DNA of 63,856 nucleotides, filler included, from an uncultured Myxococcia bacterium (lineage in GTDB: Bacteria > CAZTWC01): the NCBI GenBank assembly GCA_964617105.1. It is 3 parts of 3 records of this genome, joined end to end, with 100 filler letters (N's around TTAATTAATTAA, not from the genome) between each part and the next. Parts side by side here need not be neighbours in the genome. Positions count along the whole stretch, not along the records: positions 48,137 to 63,856 come from CAZTWC010000064.1; 2 more parts are not named here. One strand, 5' to 3'. The notes beneath the pieces are model-generated. The model did not search any database. It was not told the origin of the DNA and was given only the letters and a program-made list of their open reading frames with translations. Of this stretch, positions 57,646-63,856 are shown piece by piece (position 1 is the stretch's first letter; the number at the start of each line of letters is the position of its first letter). The translations under genes and the position numbers were made by a program.

Positions 57646-59004
57646 ATGAAACGGCAGTCACAATTGGTGATTTTGTTATCCATAGTTTTTTGTTTGATTT
57701 TATCTTTGGCGGTTTTTAACTGTTCTGATGATCCTGAATCTGGAGGGACCAGTGGAGATGGGGGCAGTGGTCAGAATGGTGGAAGCGAAACCGGTGACGG
57801 CGGTATTTTGCTGGATATTTTCAAATGTGAGCGGGATGCTCAGTGCGAGTCCGATGAGGTTTGTGACCGCGATAGCGGCAAATGTATCAAGGGCACCAAG
57901 GCTTGTACCGAAGATTATAATTGTGACTATGATACTGAATACTGCGATAAGAAGGGACAGATTTGCAAGAAACACCAGGAACTTTGCCAGCCTTGCGAAG
58001 AGGATCTGGAGTGTGGTAAGGAAGAGGATGGCCACAAGTGTATCGAATACCCGGCTGAAGCGAAAGACAATAAGACTACGGTTGATGGCGGGGAAGAGAC
58101 CCCAAAAGTCAAGCCCAAGTTCTGTGGCCGCTCTTGCGGCGCCTGTCCCAAGGGATATTACTGCAACGCCATGGAAGGGGATTTTCCAACGGCCCAGTGT
58201 ATTCCTTTGGAAAAGAGTTGCACTGCGGTTACTGTGTGTTTAACAGACGCTGATTGCAAGGATGGCGACGTGTGCAATATGGCCAATGGCGCCTGCGTGC
58301 CCAAGTGCAGTTTTGACCGCAAAAAAAATGATTCCCTGGGTTGCGCGGTGGGATTGGTTTGCCACAAGAACGGTAAATGCGGCAAACGCTGTTTGAGCAA
58401 AAGCGATTGCCAGGGTGAATTTATTTGTGAGGATGTAACCGGACGGTGCCGCATCGAAGGGTGTATCGATTCTGATGAATGTCCCGGCAATCACTACTGC
58501 GAAAAATCGAACCACACGTGTATCGAAGGCTGTGAAAAGACCGAAGACTGCATGAGCGGATATGAGTGCAAGGCGGATACAAAGAAATGCGAACAACTCA
58601 AGTGTACTGCCCGGGGTAAAAATATAAGTTGCGACTTGCTTCAGTTCTGCTGCGGTGAAAATCCCAACATCGCCTGCACGGCCGGTGTTCCCCAGGGAGA
58701 CTGTTTTGACGCTCCAGAGCCCTATTGTAAAACCTGTGACCCCAAAAATGCGGACCAGCAGACCGGTTTTTCCAATGGCCAGTGCGCCGGACCGCGTAAC
58801 GGCCAGGATCACTTATGTCTTACCGTGGAAGATGAGTCTGAAAATAAACACAATTTTTGCGGAGTAGGGTGCAAAGATAGCAATGATTGTCCCAGAGGTT
58901 TGCCCTGTATGGAGATAGAGGTCGGAGCAGAAGGGCAGAAGAAAATAATAAAAAACTGCTTCGACCCAGCCTGTATGCAAAAGGCAAAGAAAACAACTCC
59001 TTAA
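57646..59004 (+). CDS. Cysteine-rich repeat lipoprotein (myxobacterial type)
   Basis: Lipobox AVFNC; Gly/Ser linker; repeated C..D.DC..G..C....G.C units. Confidence 0.8.
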   Translation: MKRQSQLVILLSIVFCLILSLAVFNCSDDPESGGTSGDGGSGQNGGSETGDGGILLDIFKCERDAQCESDEVCDRDSGKCIKGTKACTEDYNCDYDTEYCDKKGQICKKHQELCQPCEEDLECGKEEDGHKCIEYPAEAKDNKTTVDGGEETPKVKPKFCGRSCGACPKGYYCNAMEGDFPTAQCIPLEKSCTAVTVCLTDADCKDGDVCNMANGACVPKCSFDRKKNDSLGCAVGLVCHKNGKCGKRCLSKSDCQGEFICEDVTGRCRIEGCIDSDECPGNHYCEKSNHTCIEGCEKTEDCMSGYECKADTKKCEQLKCTARGKNISCDLLQFCCGENPNIACTAGVPQGDCFDAPEPYCKTCDPKNADQQTGFSNGQCAGPRNGQDHLCLTVEDESENKHNFCGVGCKDSNDCPRGLPCMEIEVGAEGQKKIIKNCFDPACMQKAKKTTP

Positions 59005-59055
59005 AGGCTGTCAAGTAACCATTGACGTAAAATATAGTGTTCTAATGGCTGGTAA

Positions 59056-61146
59056 ATGAAGTTCAATCCAAAAGGGATAATCTATACTCTCTTTTTGCTG
59101 ATAATCTTCAGTTCCCAATCGGTTCAGCCTTTTGAACATGTTATCCAATTGGAAAAAATCTCCATTGATAACCAGGGGAAAAATTTATCTATATTTATCC
59201 CCTTAATCATTCCAGCCAATTTTAATATTTATCGCTCCCTGGATGGACAAAAACTTTTTATAGACTTGCCGGGCATATCATGCAATACCAGGAGTTGGCA
59301 ATTGGGTAAGCGCTTAAAAGGCTCATTGCATTCCACCCTCGCCATAATAGGAGATGGCAGTGGTAAAGGGTGCCGGTTCACGGTGAAATTTTATAACCAA
59401 AATAAACCCTTGCAATACACCGCCTCTCAATTGGAAGAGGGGCTAAAACTACATCTGTTGCCTATACCAGATTTTGATGGCCCAGTTTTACTGGCTGGAA
59501 CATTTTCCTCTTTAAAAATGCCCAAAACCGCGGCTAAACTGCCAGAGATTCAATTCTGGGCCAGGCAGAGTTTGTTAGACCCGGATCCAATTATAAACTC
59601 AGATCTCTTGACCCGGCATGTCCATAAGTCCGGGGGAAAATTGCTCTCATTTTTAGCCGTTAACGGCAAAATGGAGAGCATAGATTTATTGAGAAAAGGC
59701 AAACATAGGAATCAACCAGAGATAATTTTCGTGAACCGGCGGATATCTTTTAGCCCAACAGAATTGCCCAGATTCGATTCCTGGCCGCTAACAACCTTGT
59801 CAAAGACACTGGAGGCCATCACTTTTTTTACTGCTAACCGATATATTTCATTTTTGGACAGTACTGTAAAACCAGAAGATGCTTACATGGCCGGAGATTT
59901 TGCTGGCCAACGAAAAAAAATGGCGCTGGTACAGGTTTGGAAAAGTTATGGCCGAAAAGCCTATACTGGCACCAGGTTGCCTGATATTGAAACTAATATA
60001 GGTTTGCTGGAAACTGTATCTTATTCTCAAAAGGGTAAAATTACCTCCATCTCCCCAAGTTTAATTGCTCTTTCTGCCTCCGATTTTGTCCTATCTTCTC
60101 CTCCCGAGATCTCATTACCCAACCTGCTGGCTGCCCACCAACTCCTGAAACAACCGCCTGAACAATTTGTTGCCCAAACCGAACTGCCTCCTTTAAAATT
60201 AAAGGTGAGCCTGCAAAGCGATCACCAGGTTTTAAACTTGGGAGCGGGCTCAATAACTCGGGCAGAATTTTTTCGAGATAGCCGGATTAAATTTTTAGCC
60301 GGAACTTTTATGGAAACTATAAAATCTGAGGCTAAACTTGGGCTTTTTACCAAAAAGAGAGAAAAGATCGCTTTTAGACTGGCGGATCGTATTTTTAAAT
60401 TGGAAAAAAGATCTAAGTTGCCCTTTTTGCCCGACCTGGAACCTGGATTGGCGGCCGGCTTAACTCTCAAGGTCATAAAAACTTCATCTTCGGGTCAGCC
60501 TCAACTAATTGCTCAGGTAAAAAAAGATATCCCTTTCATGTATAGAAATAAAAAGCGCCTGGAACCAATAAAATTATCTTTTACTCCAAGTCGCTCCAAC
60601 ATGGTTATATCATCTGAGCGAAAGATTTCTTTGCCGCTACTTTCAAGCCTGGCGGACAAGGTTGTAGCCGCCCCGGCGCCAGCGGCGTCTCTGCCGACAG
60701 TTGAAAAGGAGAGCCCGGTCCCGGAAACCAAAACCCTGTGGGCATCTGGCATGACGGTCACCGGGGCGGATCATTACAGCAGCGCCAGGCAAAACCAGCT
60801 TAAAGACCTGGGGTTTAGGAAAACAGAAGAGAACTCCCTGGTCATACTTAAATTCAGAAACTCACCCTCATTCAAAGCCCGATGTTTACCCGACCAAAGG
60901 TTACTGATTATTTTTTCCAATACAACGGTGAAAAAGAGGAATTTACTTCTACCCCTGGACACCTCTTTTTTTTACAGTCCGATAGTTAAGATTTCACCTG
61001 GATTAAAACCATCCAAAAGGGTTATGCGGGGGGGAAAGAAAAGGAAGGATTTATATCTGCATCTTCGTCTCAGGGATAAATGCGGCTTTTCCTTTGAGGT
61101 AAAGGAGGAGAAATTGGTTATAAAAATAGGTAACACTGATGTCTAG
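59056..61146 (+). CDS. Periplasmic protein with AMIN-like N- and C-terminal domains
   Basis: Signal peptide; KLFIDLPG and LGFRK..SLVILK..LLIIFSNT..PLDTSFF; overlaps the lptD start. Confidence 0.55.
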   Translation: MKFNPKGIIYTLFLLIIFSSQSVQPFEHVIQLEKISIDNQGKNLSIFIPLIIPANFNIYRSLDGQKLFIDLPGISCNTRSWQLGKRLKGSLHSTLAIIGDGSGKGCRFTVKFYNQNKPLQYTASQLEEGLKLHLLPIPDFDGPVLLAGTFSSLKMPKTAAKLPEIQFWARQSLLDPDPIINSDLLTRHVHKSGGKLLSFLAVNGKMESIDLLRKGKHRNQPEIIFVNRRISFSPTELPRFDSWPLTTLSKTLEAITFFTANRYISFLDSTVKPEDAYMAGDFAGQRKKMALVQVWKSYGRKAYTGTRLPDIETNIGLLETVSYSQKGKITSISPSLIALSASDFVLSSPPEISLPNLLAAHQLLKQPPEQFVAQTELPPLKLKVSLQSDHQVLNLGAGSITRAEFFRDSRIKFLAGTFMETIKSEAKLGLFTKKREKIAFRLADRIFKLEKRSKLPFLPDLEPGLAAGLTLKVIKTSSSGQPQLIAQVKKDIPFMYRNKKRLEPIKLSFTPSRSNMVISSERKISLPLLSSLADKVVAAPAPAASLPTVEKESPVPETKTLWASGMTVTGADHYSSARQNQLKDLGFRKTEENSLVILKFRNSPSFKARCLPDQRLLIIFSNTTVKKRNLLLPLDTSFFYSPIVKISPGLKPSKRVMRGGKKRKDLYLHLRLRDKCGFSFEVKEEKLVIKIGNTDV

Positions 61147-63550
61147 ATTGTTTTTCTTAGTTATGGTTTTACTTTTGGTGGGCAGCCTGGCCTATGGCCA
61201 GAGTCAGTTCCAATTTTTAGATTTGGACCAGCAGGGGGAAAGCGTGGAGGTGGAAGCGGACAGGATGGAAAAAGAAGGGGATATGGTGTATCTAACCGGG
61301 GATGTGAGAATCAATTTTAATGATTTAAGCCTGTTTGCTCCGGCTGTTTCCATGGATACCAAGAAGAAATTGATCTTAACCGACTTGGAAACTTATATTG
61401 TCCGCCAACGCCGGGTTATTAAGTGCCGCCGCTTACAATTACGCCTGAAAGGGATGCGCAGTTTACTTGACTTCGTTCAAATGCGTTTAAAGACCAAACC
61501 ATTGCCGAGTCTTTTATCACCGGCCGAGTCTTTTGGCTGCTGTCGCAATGAGATATCTATTGATGCTCGTCACCTGGAGGTAGAGGGGCAATTGTACAAG
61601 TTGGAAAGAGGAAACTATACTCCCTGTGATTGTGGAGGCCAGGAACAGCCCAGTTGGAGCCTGTATGTGTATAAGGGCGATATTGAAATTGACCAGGAGG
61701 CCAGGTTGTGGCTGCCAATTATCAAGGTCAAGGGAATTCCCCTGCTGCCTTTACCCTATCTACAGTTTTCCCTGCAGCATCGAAAAACCGGTCTTTTGTG
61801 GCCCAGATTTGAATACTCCTCCCGTCACAATTTTATTCTTAAAAATGCCCTGTTTATCACCCTGGGAAGAAGTGCTGATCTCACTTTGCAACATGGCTAC
61901 TTAAATCTGTTTCAAAATCAAGAATCGGATAAACCCCACCTGGCTGATAGGCGCCATTGGTGGGGTTTGGAACTCAGGTTCAGGCCCCACCAAACCTGGT
62001 GGGGAAATATCAATTTCAATACCTTTGCTGAACCTTTGCTGGCCAAACGGCAGGATAGCCGGCGTTGGTTGTTTGACATGCACCAGGTCTGGCTTTTATC
62101 CCATCACCAGTTTTTTACCAAAATAGATTTGGTTTCTGATAGACTGCTGCCGGCTCACCTATCGCCTGACCTGACAATTAAGGTTACTCGTTACCGGATT
62201 TCCAGGGCTACCTGGCTCTGGGATTACCACAGTCATGGAGGTGGGGTGCGGCTTAACTATATTCAAAATTTGGCTTTATCTGATGGGAAAGATTACAGTC
62301 TTTTCAGCCGAAAGCACCGCCAGCAGACGATGCATCATTTGCCAGCAATGCATATATGGCGGCGTTTTACAATAAACCAATATCCTTTGGTGGCCGGACG
62401 GATATTGAGCCGTTTCGACCATTTTACCCCTATATCAACCGATCCTTTTCTGGATGGGCAATTGATATCACCCCAGACTGGGAAGAATTCAGTTGACCCA
62501 AAAAGCTTAGAGAATGATATTTTTGATGCTGACGAGATTCTTCTGCAGATGAGCCGTTTGCATGTTCAAACCGATCTCAACGCTGCTTTGCCGGTCTGGC
62601 ACTGGGCCGCCTGTCTGCTGGATATCAGCTATGCTCACCAGTTTCTGCACAGCAATACTAACCCTGATACCAAAGGCCGCCAGGGCTTTTTTTCGGGTAA
62701 GATAACCTTGGAAACTCAACTATCCCGAGTTTTTCATTTAAAGAGAGGCCGGCGGATAAAACACTCCATAATATCGGGGCTGGAGTATTTATATATCCCT
62801 GATCCTTTCAACACTTTTAATGTTTCCAAAGATAACTATTTTGATCTGTACCACCATCCCCAGGGCGCGAATCAATTGCGTTTCTTTTTCAAACAGATAC
62901 TTTTTAAAAGAGATGATTCCGGGCCAATTACTTCATTTTTAACCCTATATCTGGCTCAGGGTTATAACTTACCTCCAAAAGAGGCGGAAAAACAGTGGGG
63001 AGAGTTGGAAACCTGGCTCAAAATGCCCCTTTCTTTAGCAGATCTCTTTTTATATTCCTCTTTTGACTGGAATGAAGAGGCTTTAAGTGAGATGGGTGGG
63101 AAAATAGCCTTCAGGCTTTTGCCGCTTCGTGTAAACCTCAACTATCTTTATTTGCTTGAGGGCGGAAGTGGACGTTATTATCGAAATTGGCAGTGGCTTT
63201 TTGGTTACAAGAGTAAAAACAGTGAGGTGAATAGTAAAATTCCCTATACCCACGAATTGGCAATAAGGCCGGTCTTGACCGTTGGGTATGGACTAACCCT
63301 GTTTTATTCGGCCCAGGTTTCTCTGCAGGACCAGGTAAAGCAGCGGATATTATCTCAGTCAGGAGGCCTGCGCTACAAATCTTCCTGCCGGTGTTGGTCA
63401 ACCTCTCTGGCTTTGTCTATGACACCCAATATCAACAAGGCCTGTGGATCAGGTGACAATTGCTACCGGTTTTTATGGCAATTAAACCTTGCTGGTCTGG
63501 GAAATATCAGCGGCGGGGCTGGTGGAAGTCAGGGGATGAAGATGCACTAA
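61139..63550 (+). CDS. lptD: LPS-assembly protein LptD
   Basis: VEADRM..LTGDV, YTPCDC..PSW, RKTGLLWP, long beta-barrel, YKSSCRCW, LAGLG. Confidence 0.85.
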   Translation: MSRLFFLVMVLLLVGSLAYGQSQFQFLDLDQQGESVEVEADRMEKEGDMVYLTGDVRINFNDLSLFAPAVSMDTKKKLILTDLETYIVRQRRVIKCRRLQLRLKGMRSLLDFVQMRLKTKPLPSLLSPAESFGCCRNEISIDARHLEVEGQLYKLERGNYTPCDCGGQEQPSWSLYVYKGDIEIDQEARLWLPIIKVKGIPLLPLPYLQFSLQHRKTGLLWPRFEYSSRHNFILKNALFITLGRSADLTLQHGYLNLFQNQESDKPHLADRRHWWGLELRFRPHQTWWGNINFNTFAEPLLAKRQDSRRWLFDMHQVWLLSHHQFFTKIDLVSDRLLPAHLSPDLTIKVTRYRISRATWLWDYHSHGGGVRLNYIQNLALSDGKDYSLFSRKHRQQTMHHLPAMHIWRRFTINQYPLVAGRILSRFDHFTPISTDPFLDGQLISPQTGKNSVDPKSLENDIFDADEILLQMSRLHVQTDLNAALPVWHWAACLLDISYAHQFLHSNTNPDTKGRQGFFSGKITLETQLSRVFHLKRGRRIKHSIISGLEYLYIPDPFNTFNVSKDNYFDLYHHPQGANQLRFFFKQILFKRDDSGPITSFLTLYLAQGYNLPPKEAEKQWGELETWLKMPLSLADLFLYSSFDWNEEALSEMGGKIAFRLLPLRVNLNYLYLLEGGSGRYYRNWQWLFGYKSKNSEVNSKIPYTHELAIRPVLTVGYGLTLFYSAQVSLQDQVKQRILSQSGGLRYKSSCRCWSTSLALSMTPNINKACGSGDNCYRFLWQLNLAGLGNISGGAGGSQGMKMH

Positions 63551-63551
63551 C

Positions 63552-63574
63552 TAGTTCCTGTCGGACAGGAACTA
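63552..63574. repeat. Perfect inverted repeat made of two fused MITE-like termini
   Basis: TAGTTCCTGTC-G-GACAGGAACTA between convergent stop codons. Confidence 0.65.
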
Positions 63575-63575
63575 A

Positions 63576-63854
63576 CTAATGTATGGTATCTGAAGGCGGC
63601 ATCATATTTGGTGGCAACTTGTCGTCATTATTGGAATTGTCGTCATGGTCTGCGCTATTGAAATCATCCTTTTCTTTATATAATGACAGCAGTTGCTCCT
63701 CCAATTCCATTTTGGCTCTTTTCTCTTTGCTCTGTTGCCGTTTTTTCAAATAACTTACCAAAAAAAGAAGCGTTATCAGGAACCAGATAGTGCTGGAACT
63801 GGTTATCAGGGGGATCCAATTATACCTTACAGTGATATCCCGCAGCCAATTTCG
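63576..63854 (-). CDS. C-terminal fragment of a membrane-anchored protein, resembling myxobacterial peptidase MA tails (5' end outside window)
   Basis: Frame open to the window end: RNWLRDITVRYNWIPLITSSSTIWFLITLLFLVSYLKKR...MELEE...*. Confidence 0.55.
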   Translation of the reverse strand, partial: RNWLRDITVRYNWIPLITSSSTIWFLITLLFLVSYLKKRQQSKEKRAKMELEEQLLSLYKEKDDFNSADHDDNSNNDDKLPPNMMPPSDTIH

Positions 63855-63856
63855 TT

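Noticed and set aside
57800-58980. Periodic TGT/TGC pattern suggesting a nucleotide repeat array or CRISPR
   Set aside because: The periodicity comes from Cys codons of a protein repeat; no constant direct repeats with spacers were seen here or elsewhere in the window.

Overview
Draft-assembly (MAG-like) sequence from an anaerobic, diderm Deltaproteobacteria/Myxococcota-like bacterium. The taxonomy is inferred from an MXAN_5187-type protein, a Cys-rich lipoprotein, a GCSCS C-terminal motif, LptD and a DVU0298-type HEAT protein. Two artificial 100-bp N44-TTAATTAATTAA-N44 linkers (24224-24323, 48037-48136) split the window into three unlinked contigs. Two 10-N gaps break a TolC gene and a peptidase gene. 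Contig 1: an hdrC-hdrB-sdhB-like-sdhA-like operon with no membrane anchor and no hdrA, a YeiH/PSE exporter module, AOR + Fe-ADH + HAD, SpoIID, TolC-MlaC, cpoB, rel, ridA. Contig 2: an MMPL / LolA-like / OM-protein set interrupted by a sugar-modification island (GT, Glf-like mutase, IolO-like epimerase, IolB-like isomerase, a DAHP-synthase paralogue whose aldose-phosphate motif KPRT reads KPLT, and a convergent Maf-type transferase), then PpiC, a POT/MFS transporter, a PilZ-RHH protein, serC and a 7TM-DISM phosphatase. Contig 3: archaeal/eukaryote-type pheS-pheT, GH57 + GalT-like, monomeric icd, a Cys-rich lipoprotein, an AMIN protein and lptD. Non-coding signals: an ERIC-like 125-bp palindrome, a dispersed MITE-like terminus family, and a group IIC intron 5' remnant behind a terminator. 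The best candidate for a new system is the 26.2-33.7 kb island, which may make and attach an unusual 2-keto-3-deoxy acid sugar. All family calls come from motif recognition by eye, not database searches.
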